Positions 30,118 to 45,003 of a DNA stretch of 64,000 nt are shown piece by piece; the first letter of the stretch is position 1, and the number at the start of each line of letters is the position of its first letter. Position numbers and translations under genes: made by a program. The stretch is from assembly GCA_051362555.1 (NCBI GenBank), contig CM120648.1, forward strand, positions 4,832,587-4,896,586, written 5' to 3'. The notes beneath the pieces were generated by a model that saw only the letters and a list, made by a program, of their open reading frames with translations, was not told where the DNA came from and did no database searches. The DNA is from Lingula anatina. Its lineage: Eukaryota; Animalia; Brachiopoda.

Positions 30118-33100
30118 ACCCACCCATTTGATTTCTTTGTATCTAAAATGCCGGGTTTTCTTATATTTTACTATTGTCACCGTTTTATTTGTTCGTCGCA
30201 ACCTTAATCTAAATTACCTAAATACTTCCTCTTTAAGCTAGAGTTACCCGCAACAAAATGAGAATTTTCATTTTGTTGATAAACAACTACTGTCGACACT
30301 CACATTTTCCGTTTTTCGTAAAAACTCGATGCCTCACCGCTGTGCTTTTTTTTAATTACGTTGCTGTCTCTCCTCTCAAAGTATGCGTCACCGGTAAGAT
30401 ACGAGGCATTAAAATCCGGGATAAAAAAATGACGCGATAGTTCCGGGACTTTCTTTTTTAAGACAACTTTGTAAAGAAAATAGATTAAGCGTGTTTCTCC
30501 GGTATGTGATCTATTCAAAAATAGTTCAAAATAATGAGAATTTTTCTGTTGTTGTTGTTGTGGGCGATTCCCGTTATGCCAAAATTTTATTTCGTCATCG
30601 ATGTCATTAAAACATTTTGATTTAAAACATTACATTCAGTTGATTCTGCAAATGTCTGAAGTGAAACAGAAATGTAAGAATCCAGTTTGAGAAACGTTTT
30701 TCACACAGAAAACGAAATGCGCTATATTTTGTTGAAGCTCTACTTATTCCTCATTTCAATAAATTTTCATTCATAAACAACACTGCAAATGCAGTATACC
30801 GTGGGAAAAAGATTTAAACAAAACATTTTACAGGGTCCCTATCTTCTTAAACTTAAGTAATGCTTAATAGGATAGCTGTTAAGACAAGATAAGATCGCAT
30901 CACAACATTGTCTGTGGGATAAACCGTTTGTATTTGCGTAATACTGAGATAAGACACCAGAAAATAATGCGTGTCCCCTTTTCCCCATAACCGTTATCAT
31001 TGCTATAGTCCTGTGAAATGACATATCAGATCCTTCTCACTCCGTTTTTGCATTTTACCCATGTCGTTCCCAGCACTCGACTTTCTGGAATCTACAGAGA
31101 AAATGTTATTAACGATTTGAAATTCACATACTTAATGAAATGATATGTTAGATTGCTGTTCACTCGATCTTTGCCTTGTTAACTGGTTACTTTCCCAGCA
31201 CCATAAGGCCAGCATTGAAATTTAGAAATTGAGAAATATATCCAGAGTTGCGTCTTACTCATGCTTAGAAATTCAAACGGTACCTTGAGAAAAGCTTTAT
31301 CTGATTTATGTCGCTCGCTCTCAAAATCTGCATTTGAACCGGTTGTGCTTCCTTTATAAGGAATGAGATATTCTTCGCGGGCCATTTTTTGGGGGAAACC
31401 TTGCAGTTCGACAATGGATTTTTGGGCAATGTGAATGCACGTACATTGTACAACCCCGCTACTTATTACAGAAACATACATTGACAAAAAAAAAACAACG
31501 TATCCATACATTAATTCTTCTGCAGTTCAGAAAGCTCAGGAATGGAAAAGTACACAGCTGAAATATCAAAATAATTGTTTTTTAACAGCTAAATCACACT
31601 TTCACCTGGGTCAGAAAATCATAAGCATACCATTAAAAATGATATCACTTTCTTCGTATTCATGTGTCATGCGCGTTTTCGTCAACACTATAGCTAGAAA
31701 AAACCCTCCGGGCATGGAAATACATGATTTTTATCTCATTATGAAAACATTCATTGTGAAGTGCCCTCTAGCGATTCCAGTATCAAACATTGGGAACCCG
31801 GCGTGAAAAGGACAACAATAGTGAATCAAAAGTTACACGCTTGCAGCGCAATATGGAAAAGCTTTGATGCATTCCCCTTCGGAACAGTGCGTTCAATCAT
31901 TCAGTGGCTTACAGTCCAATTTCATATCGATGATAAAAGCTGAAATATTAATAAATTTTGTGAGGGAAAATATTAAAAATCAGCAAGCGTCATGACCCCC
32001 TTCCTTCCCCATCATTGAGAGTTCAACGTACACGTAATAAGATATATGATGGCGTATTGTTTTCTGGTTTCTGTAGTGATACCGTTTCAAATCCATTTCT
32101 TGACCCCTGCATGACCGATCGCTATTCACGAAAAAAGTTATCCAACGAATAAAGTCTTATTGGGCATCAAAAGGTACTTCGATCGGGTTTCATTGAAATG
32201 ACTTGAAGGTTGATTGGGTCTTGGACTGTTTTGATGTTGGTTGTGATGCTTTTAGGACAACCACGGTATTCATAGACGAGTCTGACTGGGCTTTGCTCAG
32301 ACAAATCGAGTAGTAAAACGATTTGTGTTGCAAACAAGTCACCATATAAAACATGTATTAACTGCCAATGTGTTATCCAGTGGGGAAGAGGCGGGGGTAG
32401 GGCATTGCCGGTAGAACGGAATTCAGATGGCATCTCATCACATAAAACAGTTTCTATTGACAAGTCATGGAAGACGACATATGAAGACCTCTGTGAACAG
32501 TACGTAAGTTGGTCTCCAAGTAAGCCGGTTTGGGCTGCGTCATCAACTGTGACATGGCCCATAAGAATCCGCGGCTCTGTTTGTCTTTCTCACGACCTTC
32601 CATGACACATCTCTCCACCACGGATCAATACACCATGTAATTTGGCAAACTTTATCAGTCCCCACTGCTTACTTCAAGTGGGTACTACGATAACGGGACA
32701 CTCTGGAGTATTTGGTGAGGGGCAGGGACTGGAGAAGTGACGCTTGACAAGTTATCACCCTGCTCGCTTGTAAACCACGCCCCCTTGTTTGCGCGCGACT
32801 TTTAGGCACGGGTGATTGACGTTGTATTGATCAACCGATCACTTTGATTTGTTAGTATTTCACGGATATATGGAAGTGCTATGACATTCAAAAATAACAT
32901 GTTTGTTGTTGTTGTTGTTTTTTTTTTTGTTTGTTTGTTTCGTTCCCCACTGCTTCTGGACTGTCTTCTGTCTGCCCCCATCTTTCCATCTTTTCTTATA
33001 TCACATTTTCTGCAATAATTATTTTTTCTAGTTACATATCATACGGAGTTTCTCAGCACTTTCATTAAGACAGTACGATAGTCCATCAGGGATGTGATAA

Positions 33101-36100
33101 TTTCACAAGCATTTCCCATTTAATCAAACCTAGGGCTGATGACGTGATAAGGTGGACCAATTTTCACTCACGTCTTATCTTCCCCGCCTCAGCACGTTCT
33201 GAGCGTGTCAACTTTCGTCTCCCGGCGCGTGTCACGGTCAACGACGCCAAACCTATGCGCCATGGCAAGACGACTGACGCGTTAATTAGAGTGTCAAAAT
33301 GGACTCCTCTGACACGTATCTTCTTTCTAATATCTTTATCTTTAATTGCCAAAAAATGGTTATAGGAACAGCTCTGGTGGTGGTTCTTTCGCGGTATAAT
33401 TTAGTCTTACCGCGTTTCGCTTTACCGCTTTCCATCAAATTTAGGCTCAGCATAATTTTGTGAATAAACTAAATTTGATTATGCCTTGACGATATCTTTT
33501 AAACAAAAATATTAAACAAAAACAAAGGATGGCGTTGCTTTTTCGTTGAACAGCATACCCTCTGGCATGCCACATTGTACAAATGAAATCTAATAATATA
33601 GAGATACCAAGGTTCAATTGGCTTCGTCACCTCTATCCTAAGCATTTTCGACATCCCAGCGTGAAGGCAGACTATCGAAACTATGGCTCTGTTCTCACAA
33701 CTTTTAGATCGATCTATCACCGCGGGGAGTCTCACTAGATTACTGTCAGATAATCCCCCTTAAGTGTCCGTCCCCGCCTACTACAAGCTTTAAGGGGTAA
33801 TTAACTTTCGTGTCCGCCCGGCTGACAGCTATTTAGCGTGAACCCCCAGGGAGTTAGGTCGATCCAATGTAGGTCGATCTAATCTATGAGAATGGGGTGT
33901 ATGTGTGTCTTAAATTTCGTCCGTGACAAGCGTCGAGGAAAGTGTCAAGGAAGAAAAAAATATCCGAAATTATGTCACGAGAGTTAACTGAAGATGAGCG
34001 TTTTTTACTGGATTTTTTTTTTTACTTCTTTCATTCTTTCTTTTTTTCCTTCTTTTTAAAAATTTTCTCCCTTATTTTCTATTGGGTTATAACAGCAAAA
34101 ATGAATATGTTTCCCATAAAAAGTTTCGGAAAGTAAAGATGAACAAAAGTAGAGTTCAGTTGCCTGGTACATAAATTCGATAGCACAGTTATTAAGAAAA
34201 TTGTTTAATATCCCCAAGCTACAAAGTGAAGGGCACTTTGTGGACGGCACTAGCAAGTGATCGTGAAAATAAACGCATCAATAATTTATTTTATAACTTT
34301 GCGTCTGAGGTTTTGTATTTCAGTTAGGAAAAAATTAGTTTTTGTTTACAGTAAAACAATGAAGTGAATTATTTGCATACTTAAAGATGGGTTGACTGAT
34401 TTTTCACACGGTGTTCTTTGCATTTAAGAAGTACATTTCTCTTTCATTTCATATCAACTTGTCTTCACTTTCAAATAACATCCGCCCTTAAGCTGTGTTT
34501 TAAGTAAGTTTAATTTTTACAATAAAAAATATGATCTAGTGTCAAAACAAGTTCATTTGATGTTTCTTGCTTTTCAAATATAATGCATTTCCATAAACCA
34601 AGAATGCACTTTTTCTCTCACTTTTTGAAGTAGTTTTTTCGCCATAATTTATGTTCTGACTTTTACACTCAGTATTTTTTTCTGCACTGCCAGACTTCTG
34701 ATTTTTTCCTCATTTTTCCCCTTTTTTTATTAATCTCTCCTGGTTAGCAAAAATTCCTCCATCTCTACACCCAATTATATATCAGTGTCTCTCGGTTTCA
34801 CACAGTAGATTATGCCTCAAGTGCGTTTGAAGTGTTCCTCAGTACGGAAGCGGGGTCGGAAATGACAAAGAAATGGAAAAACACGAGCCACAATGTGACT
34901 ACTGTTTCCTCTCGCTGACACGGAGTGCCGGTAACGATAAAAGCCTTTTCAGACAAATCCGAGTAGCTCCTAAATCTCCGATTTTTCTTATCTATCACGG
35001 TGTGTTTTCAATGGAAGTAGGCAAACAACCCCGAGTGGCGGATTGTTATTCTGTTGTTGTAACTGTTATTGTTTGGTCTTAGAATAGAACGCAAAGGGCC
35101 CGCAGTCAAGAGAGAGTCGCAAGTGATTAATCCAACTTTTTACCGAACGAGGAAGATTTATTTACAACGCTTAACATGTGTCGAAGATTAATCGTTTCGG
35201 TTTTTCACTCAAAACTGACAGAAAAAAATTAACCCAGGAAGGTTTTTAAAGATTTGTAATTGTTAAAATATTTCTCTGCCACCGCTTAATTTCTTTCGTT
35301 TTGTAGTGCATGCACTTGGAGATCAAGAAATATGGAAACGTTGTTTTCTTATTTCAGAATGAAACGTTAAATGACCACACCATTTATTTAATCTCCAAAT
35401 GCAATATTGATTCTTTTTAAAAATTATTTTTGCAATGTTTAATAATTACTCGTTCAGTTTCTTCAGAGAGTGGGGAATCATTTCCGTCTATACCAGACGC
35501 GGGATGTCAACTCTTTCGTCCCATTGCCTGAGAATTGATAGCTAATAGCGCGAGTGACCGTTAAAGTATTTGGGCTCTGTCCTCCGTGTGAATCCACAGA
35601 CACCAAAGTTTCAAGTTTCACTCGCATCTCTCTGCCATCTTTCATTAGCCCTAATCAGGCCAACATTTTAATTAAAACTCACAATATTTACACTGCCTCT
35701 ATTCCTGGCCGTCATCAGATAAGTTTGGCCGCCACTGCAGGGTGACCGCAAATATCGCTTACTTGCTCCCCAGTTACGTCTCCGATGATGCAAGCGTGGT
35801 TTCGGGCGATCAGGCTTGTTTTACACTCTGTCTGGACAATTACACAATTTCCGTGTTAATTAAATGCTCTTCAACTCTTTAAAGTATTAGACCGAGTTTT
35901 ATCACTGTCTCCCACACACGGAACGCCGCCACCCCCCAGAACGAAGCATTTAACAAAGTGTCCAAAGTGAAATGACCGGTGGTCCTACTTCTTAGACTAC
36001 CCTCTGTTAACTCTGTGAATCTAGATTCCTTTTATTCTCGTTGTCTCGAAATATCTTTAAATCAGTTTATGTGAGATGGAATATTGGAGTTTTTACCTAT

Positions 36101-38028
36101 AAGCATTCCTCCAAAATATGCTTTTTTTTAAATTATACAATTATTTTCCTTCATGCGTTTTAAAACAAACATGGAAGATTTCGTTATCATTAACATGCAT
36201 TTATAGAAAGAAAAAGAAAGGGGTGAAGCCTAGCAATTATTTTTACAGCTGATGAAATTCTTTGATGAATTTGAGAAATCTTCCTAAAATGACGTCATGA
36301 TCTAACTCGGTATTTGGGGCACCTGTTAGCCGCTACTAGAGGTGCGTTCACACACAAAGGTAAACCAAAGCCGGTGTAACGAAACTGAGGGTCGTTGTAA
36401 CAGAAAGTCCGGCCTCTGTTCAGTTAAAATGGTTAAGGTTCTCTATCATGGGAGGCTTTCTGTGACGTTATTACTAAAATGCGTCATGTGTCTACCAAAT
36501 ATATTTGCCAGTGTTTTTCAATATTGTTGGCATATGTGTGTGTGTGTGTGACAGATAAGCTTAAAGATTTACCCATTTCTCCAGCAGTATTGATAAAGAA
36601 AAATGAAAAGCTAAAGAGACTTAACATATTATTTGCTTATGATAAATACCCTGGTAGACACTCAATGGTCTTTTTAGAACTGTTTTACCTCTATATTACC
36701 CTTACACAAGAGACAATAATATAACTATTTAAAATTATTGATAAATATATATGGGGTAAATTTTTGTTGCGAAAATTCCACTGAAGAGATCATTTTAAAT
36801 CGACAGTTTTCTTCTTCGTTCTTTGTAAAACTAGCCTTTATAGCACTCCAAAGTTTATAGCACGTGAAAGTTTGAAACCTGTACTACCCGGAAATTTTTC
36901 GTCATATTTCTTTTAGACCTACCGTGTGTGTGTTATCGGGCATGTCTTTTTAAACATGTTACGTGTTAAGAATACGGCAAATGAAAAAACAAGATACCAT
37001 AATATTTTGTCAATATTTTGTCGCAATATTTTGTCAAAAATAACTCTCGAGCTGCCACAACCAAAATTATTTCAATGCATATAAATCGAACATTAATTTG
37101 TTTGTCTGGATCTGGACCGGTCTGGGTTTATATTTTCCCGTCTAAACACACCTCCCTACTTGTAATAACACAGATGATTCAGCTCTCAGAGATTTAACGA
37201 AAGATTGGTAGGAGCGGGTTCAACACGTGGCACAAGCCAAATGCTTTCCGTCCACAGGGAACGGCGCGTGCTGAGAGCGTGAGAATCTCTCCAGGATTGT
37301 CGACCTGTTAAATTCTTCAGACTTTTTTCTGTATCCATTCGTTCAGATCTCTTTATTTACAGGTCGGTACGCTAACCCGGGAGTCTCTGCTACTGTGGTA
37401 CTATGGCGACGGGGATGTACGCTGCTCCGCCTTGTTCTACGTAGCTATTGTTTACACTGGTTTAATGAAGTTTGCACTATCGTAAATATTTTAATAGAAA
37501 AAAATAATCATTTGATCATTTAAAAAAGGGAAAAGAAAGGAAAAACAAAATTGACCTTGAATACTGTTTTGAGAAAAGGTGAAAAAAATATTTTAAAAAG
37601 AAGAAAGAAGTAAGAATTTGAATACTGGCAATGGAAACGGCCGGGTAAAATCAAGGCATTCTTTTCTTATTCCACACATATATATCCACAACTATATTCA
37701 AAATGCTATATAATACTACAGCCTACAATCATAGCCCTACCACAGAGTACGCATTCAATCTAACCATTACCTTATCAACTGTAAGGCAACAGGTGTATTA
37801 GAAATGCATTTCACACCCAGCCAAGCCCTTCCCCCGGGGCAGAGGGAATGCTTCGCCCCCCTCCCCCACTCACCCCCTCCACAGTACTACACCATACGCA
37901 ACAAATCAGTGGCATACGGTCTCCGTTTTCCCCGCGCGCTCCGACAGTTCCCGCGTCAAATCAGCCTCCTCTTATCAAGAATGTTATGACTGCCCACTTA
38001 AAGCTTAGTAATTAGAGGCACGAAAAAG

Positions 38029-38240
38029 TGTGGGAACGCGAAACCCTATACCGATAGTTATTGTTTCTGCCATCTGCTCTTAACTCGTGTGAAGGAATGA
38101 AGCAGACGATTCCCACGCTACATTCCAGCAGTTTCGACCAATGAGATCATCGTTTATCTTTTCCCGCGGCGCAAGGTGAAACTGATCCAATCAGAGGTAG
38201 CGTTACAAACGTCCCCCGCGGCGTCGAAGCGTGCCAGGTG
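38029..38240. promoter_or_regulatory. Orphan Hes-promoter-like module (enhancer or remnant of a lost paralogue)
   Basis: TGTGGGAA at 38029 and TTCCCACG at 38110; CCAATCAGAGG (38187-38197) identical to Hes-A 28457-28467; 38214-38237 matches Hes-B 54074-54097 at 21/24. Confidence 0.55.
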
Positions 38241-38687
38241 GACTCCCGTGTTTATCAGTTTGCGGAGCTCTGTAATGTTAAACAGCGAATGAATTATGGT
38301 GTGTGATTGTGTTTAATTTCCTACACGTGCACGAGGTCCAGCCTCCTACTACCAGAAGACTTCCAGACTCGCGGAAGAAATAAAATCCTCCGTCGGTTGC
38401 TTCTTCAGTCGCCTCGACCCCCTACCGAACCGCTTCACCACGCTGACAACCGCAAATCTTCTTTTTAATGTATTTATCGGATCGAGTTGTCTGGAATGGT
38501 TACAGGTAGATAGCCAGCCATTTACTCCAGTGAATTCCGTACCAATGATAGACTGGTCATTTCATCCGCAGCCTCTCTTGATCAGTTGATCGCCGTCTCC
38601 GTTATTAGTCATTAGTCGCATTTTGCAGTTGGGCCAATACATGATAAAGGAGGGTGGTGTGGGGGGGGGGGGGGGGGGGGGAGAAAC

Positions 38688-38820
38688 AGTCCGAAGGTTC
38701 ATTGGTCCGAATATTCACTACAGAACCTTCCGACCAAAAATGAACCCTTGATTAAAAATCTGAAGAAAATGTTACCATTTTTTGGATCAATGAACCTTCG
38801 TACCAAGGAACCTTCGGACT
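38688..38820. mobile_element. Small MITE-like element with ~24-bp inverted repeats
   Basis: AGTCCGAAGGTTCATTGGTCCGAA (38688-38711) versus the reverse complement of 38797-38820 is 22/24; internal repeats of GAACCTTCG. Confidence 0.65.
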
Positions 38821-41800
38821 ATCGAGGCGCCCCCTGTAAGGGGGGGGGGTAGAAGACTACCCATTGTGGGGTGGGGTTCAGGACTTGTTACTTTTTTGAA
38901 AGTGAAAGAACCCGGTGGCTTTTCATGTAATCAACAGTACCGCCAATCACCCACCCACCCTTACCCCCCAAAAAAGGAAATCGTTCGTTAAAAATGGGAT
39001 CAATGCACGCTTGATTTTGAGTAGATAGAATCAACTATATTCCTGTTACAAATATGCAGGCAAACGTTTGGTGCCTAGGCAACGCCTTTGACTGTTCAAA
39101 TTAACACCCAACAGTAAGAGGGGGAGCGTTTAATGAGCTTCGTTAATTGAAATTAAGTCTGTGAATAGAAATGCATGGTGATTTAATTCTACCAATGTCG
39201 ATTTAATCAATTTGCTCATGTTCACAGTGGTTTATGCCTGACAATCCGCTAAAAGAACCGCGGGAAAATCCAGAATATTGACGTTATTATAAGTTTTATC
39301 TATGATGGTTTCAGTAGGTTTTGCAGGTTGGTTAGTGTGTGATGCATCTTCCTGGGATTGTGCTAAAATTAAAATGCTCTAAGAAACGGAGTAAAACTTT
39401 TGTTTCATTTGAAAATTACAGAGGCAGTGGGGCGATGGGAGTAATCATTTGAAACCATCTGAAATCATCTGAAACACACATGCACAGAACGCCGAGACTA
39501 GTTTTATGAGTCCTAGCTTCAGGCAATATGCAAACTGTGCACATCCCTATACCACCTGTTTGTACATCAGGTTACTTGTGAAGTATTTGGCCATACTTGA
39601 AGAGGTCCTACACTCTCGACGTTCACACTTGGTGATAGTGGAGATGTCACATTTTAATATCAGAGGGGTCTCTTTATTAATATAATCTCCGAGTAAATAT
39701 TCATTGCCATGTCAATATTTTCTCGTTCATTTGTTTCCAGGTTACACTGAAGAGGTGATACAAAGAAATGTACACTTATTAACGTCATATATGTCACATT
39801 TAGAAATTAAAGGGCCTCTTTCTTAATGTTGTACCCAATATGCTGGTTCTATTGCTAACAGTGTAAACATGACAACTGTTAAACTGCAATCTAAAATAAT
39901 GATCTGCCATTTGTTCCAGCATAATCCATTTTAAAGCAAAACATAATACCGAAGTAGTAATACACACACTCTCAACATCACTAACATGACTTAGTATCAC
40001 GTATTTAATGCCTTCCAGGTAAAACATTCTTTGTGGTATAAATGACACATTTTGAAAACTGAATGACCAATGTATCTGCCATTGATAATGGTAATGCGCT
40101 CATTACAGTTTTAAACGTTACTTTTGATTGGAAACAAAGGCTGTGAACAGCGCCGCATTTCGAGGACACTTCTGCTTGGAATAACGATGCCCAGTAAGCT
40201 CAAACTAATCCAACCTTATACAATTTGAGAGCTAAACGTTACACTGAAGTGGCAATTCGCACACCTGCTACTCTAGTTACAAATGAAAGTGGAAAGTGGG
40301 AACATAAAGAATTGAAAATATGCAGAACTCTTACATGGCTATATAAAACAATACCTCTGGATCAAATGTTATCACCTTTATACCAGTATTATCTCAAGTG
40401 CTGAATGTTCTTTTGAGAGAAAAATCTACAAACTGTAGCCTTTTTGAACTACTTAGGATTGGAAATGCCATAAATGAAAATGTACAGCTTCCTCATACTG
40501 CTCGTACTAGAAAATAATTTAGGCGAATGATGACGACATTACTACCCCAACGATATTTTGCTCATCAGAAATCATCGCAATTCATTTCGAATGACACTCT
40601 CTTTTATAAGTTGTCCAACGAAGATCTTCCGGTATACTCTTACGAGTCTGAAGACAACATTTGGTTCCTTAAATCATTTTCCATGTACGCGAGGGCATAA
40701 CGATAACAATATACGTAACAATCTTTATGCCGCATTGAATATGTAACGTACTTAAATGGCGTACTTAATTACGTTTCTAATGATGTAATATTGTTTCCTT
40801 ATTGCGCGCTTTGGCCTATGAATTGTCACACTTAATTGTCATAAAAACGAGTATGTTTCACTGAAAGGAAGAACAACATTATAAAACTATATTTATGCAC
40901 ATTTTAGACACCAAGTTGAGATAATATACACTTAATTCTTCTAAAATATATTCTATCTTGACTGAATACTATACATATAAGATAAATACATTTATATACA
41001 AGTATATTGTGTCCTCGTAGCGAGGACTTCGGCAAATGATGGTTCCACACCGGTGACATGTCGTCACTCAAGTGAACCATGAGTGCTCAGACGTAGTCTT
41101 TGCCAACCCTAAGCGAACAATTAATATTTAAAATTGTGAAAGTCACCAATTCACAATTCACTTGTTGCTTTCTTTCTTTGGCACTTCCTCTTGTAATGGA
41201 TGAAGTATGCATGCATGGATGAGCAATATTTCTCTTCTTTACGAATATGACTTTTGTCTTGCATTTATAGGGGCAAATTTAGATCTTTACAATATTCTTC
41301 CCCTGCAAAACCAGACTTGGTGAAAGATGTTCCACATACGCCCTCCCCCCTCCTCCCCCTGTACACGAGGCATTACACGTCCACCCCACACACGTGCATT
41401 ACAGAACATGTTATATTTCATCAAAGATACACCGTTTGTTACATTGGTATAGACCCCTATACTGTTAGCTTAACACACACTTTGATACACCTTAAATCAT
41501 TTCTTCCAGATCATTCAGTGATAATTACGTAATTCCCCGCCCAGACCACATTGACCGTGATTCATTTGTAAACATGTTCACCCCGCATAGTATCGTTCTA
41601 TGAGAAGTGTGTATTTGTCTTATTACGGGTTGCGGTGAGTTAAAGGGCAGGAAACGTGACAGAAAGAAAGTTGGCGGACTTACGGCTTCGTGTATCGAAG
41701 TTAGAGATTAAGCCTTTGATCTGGGTATCGACAACGGTTGCTCCCCACGAAGACCGTAGACGCTTTGAAGGAATTTATTAATTTATGTTCTATTGGTGGA

Positions 41801-44090
41801 TTATGAACCGCAAAGCTGTCTTAACACCTTTGCCTACAGTAGGATTCGTTAGGCCATAGAAAAGATTACGAAAACAGGGCGATTGGCGTACTGTTAAACA
41901 AAAGTGAGACAGTGTGGTATGCACACGTGTTACCTAGAGTAGAATATTCTTTCTTTGTACGATGAAAACGTTAACTCGACCTTCTTTCGTTATACCGACC
42001 GCTCGTTTTCAAAAATATCTAGAAAGTGGTTTTTATGTTTATCTGTTATCTTTTTTTCTTTAAATAATTGGATGCATAATTAATGGTGTTATATACAAAG
42101 ATGATGGCTAGATGCTAGCAATCTCTACTGTCATTTGGTGAGCTGCTGGTCTATTGTGATAAATATCAATATAATGCTATAAAATGTTCACATATATCTA
42201 AGCTTGATTGTTTTTAAAATTTCATTTTCCTTTCTTCTTTGTATTGCTTTCTTTGTTTATTTACTTATTTACCAGGGTCGCACCAACATTCCGAATCAAT
42301 TACCTTTTCATGAAGACAGCTGGCGACGCAATTGCCCCATCGTGTCATCATTAACTTGCCCCGCGCGGCGCGACGCCTCAATCTCACACTGGCAGCTTTC
42401 TTTGTTTTTTTAATACAGCCGTTTGACAGAAACACAAGCTTCTGTTTTACTACCCCTGTAATTCCCCCTCACAAATAAGTCGACCTCCCCCGTTGACACC
42501 GACTACCCGTCTGTATTGGAACGTCGGGAAAGCACGGAAAACTCTCGTTTTTAGATTGTATCTGTCTTTTTAATGGATATTTTGGCCTTAAAAGAAATAA
42601 AAACAATGGTGGTTGGGCCGGTGTAATTGGTCCTAATGGTGAAATATTTCCAAAGCAATGGTATTTGTCAATGAAGTAAAACAACCGCTCTTCAATTTAG
42701 GCGTATGATTCTACATACGGTGTGTTTTTATTTACAATTTATGTGATACGGACCATGGATGATCGTCAGCGGGACACACTTTTTGCATTATGTGCCTAAA
42801 ATTGAAGTTGAAATGGAAATTACATGGGTTAAATGAGTTCCGAGCTTTATGGGGATTTTCCTCTTTCAATGTCTTAAATTGCACTTTCGGTAAATTAGAA
42901 TTTCTTGTCGTAAATTTACATTATGTGTCTCTTTTACTGTGATACCGATCTCCAACACACAATAATCCGGAGATCTCAATTAACGACGGAAGCCATCTCT
43001 CATCCCTCTGTCTTTTCAGGCTGTTTGACATAATAAAATTGTTTGTATACAGTGCATTTGAATATTTTAAAGTCACAATCTCACTTTTGTCACACATTTG
43101 ATCACACATTTGATTTACCAATTTCATTCGTGTTGCGACAATTTGGTAAGCAATGAAAGCATTATTCGTCAAACCAAATAAAAAACGTTACAGCTTCATT
43201 TAAAGTGAGATTTTTCAAGATTACAATGGATGTAGTCCATAAATACACAGTGATAAGTGAATATGATAACATATCACAATAAGACAGAGATTATTTGTCC
43301 TCACGCTGCTTAATTTAGAACTAGACGAAAAAAATAACGTCACGAATAATCTATGAAACAAACATCTCATTTATAGTGGACTTGCAAATAACTTTCCCCT
43401 CTGTTGGTTTAATTTGAAATTCACAATAAAGGGTCATTTTATCTTGGCGCAAACGCAGACACAATATGTGCTCATGGCCTCCCCTGTGGTGCGGACTTTC
43501 TTTTCCAGCGTACCCTTAATGCGGACTGTTATCTCTTCATTCAAAAAACTGACACGTTTAATTTAAATTTTTGATGTATTTTAAATTACTTCAAATGAAC
43601 AACTGCACGTGGCCCGATAACTCATCTACGAAAGCTAACATCAATCTCAAATGGTTCCCAATTGTAATACCTTAACAAAAAAAATAATGTGGTAAAAATA
43701 AATTGAGATTCATTTAGATACTGTGGAGCCCCTGTTTTCCCGGGGCCTTAACCCCAATCCGAGTTTACTTTAGATAAGAAAATTAAACAATGTGGTTTTC
43801 AAGTGAAAATGTATTCCAAGTCAGCCTCGTCCCTTTAGATATAGGTACAAGATGGAAAAAAAACATTGTTTTTCTAAAAACGTTTCTCTGAACATAGAAT
43901 AGAAAGGATTTGAGTAACTTGTACATATGATCGTATCCGGGTGAGGGGGGGGGGGATAGTATCTCAAGATTATTTTAAGTCATCAGGACCTTTTTATTGT
44001 TCACTTGAACATTATTGTTTCAAAGCGTTCAATATCAAACCCATGGGACTGTACTCTTTAGAAGACCTGTTTAATTTTAAATCTCCAAAG

Positions 44091-44092
44091 CG

Positions 44093-44133
<41 letters not shown>
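44091..44133. repeat. (CG)n(CA)n microsatellite
   Basis: Direct reading. Confidence 0.9.
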
Positions 44134-44138
<5 letters not shown>

Positions 44139-44965
44139 TTATTTGTAAAGGAAAAACACAACAATGACAAACAATAAAGGAAAAGATCTTTTAAGATATT
44201 AAATTTGTGTTTGCATATGACTTAGAAGATGCGAACCTGCCATTCTGTGATAAATGACGCACTAACATCACTACCAGGTACGTTGTCAAGTCGAGATGCG
44301 GGCCCGTCACTCAGATTATCCAACAGATTCTGTCTTTGCCACCATATTTCGGATCGAACTCCCTGACAATGCGGGCTCTCATCCTGTCATTACCACACCC
44401 ACAAACACACTAAAACACCATCCTGTGTCGACGTGTAATCGCGTTGATTTTCTTGACGGCCGTGATCCTAAAACGAAGACAATGCGGGTCAACATTTCCA
44501 AATATTTTGTCCGTCTTGTCACTCCTCATACCTACCCTCTACCAGGGTGGCAGATCATATAGGGAAAAATGGAAAAAGCCAGAGAGCCAAATGACTGTCT
44601 TTTTATCTAGAGACATATCTGTGAATATCTGCGAAAAATCAATCTGTCGCCGTGGTAGAGGGCACCCCATACCCAACAGTCTTTAACTGATATAGGGTAA
44701 TACAGAGAGAGCAGAAGAAGGACAAAAGATTGAGGAAAAAGACCATTTTTATCTTTTATTTTATTTTTCAACTATCGATTTTTTTTCATGGATCGCTTGT
44801 TTTCTTATAAACCAATATATTCGAAGGGGTTATGATTCACTTATGCATTTACATCTGGATTATTTTTTCACTGTTTCTCTTCGTATCTGTGCTAGATGTC
44901 TAAATAACCTGTTTATAACGTTTGTTCTGCTAGCTATCAACTTTTTCTATAAGTATTGCTGTACT

Positions 44966-44996
<31 letters not shown>

Positions 44997-45003
44997 CACA
45001 CAC
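44966..45003. repeat. (CA)n microsatellite
   Basis: Direct reading. Confidence 0.9.

Noticed and set aside
32167-32562. 131-aa minus-strand ORF
   Set aside because: No recognisable motif or splice structure; possibly a decayed repeat, but unsupported.
38029-38117. Su(H) paired site (SPS)
   Set aside because: The two opposed CSL sites are ~73 bp apart, far beyond the ~15-17-bp SPS spacing.
40980-41850. Possible SINE/tRNA-like or structured RNA segments
   Set aside because: No convincing A/B boxes, cloverleaf or second copy in the window.
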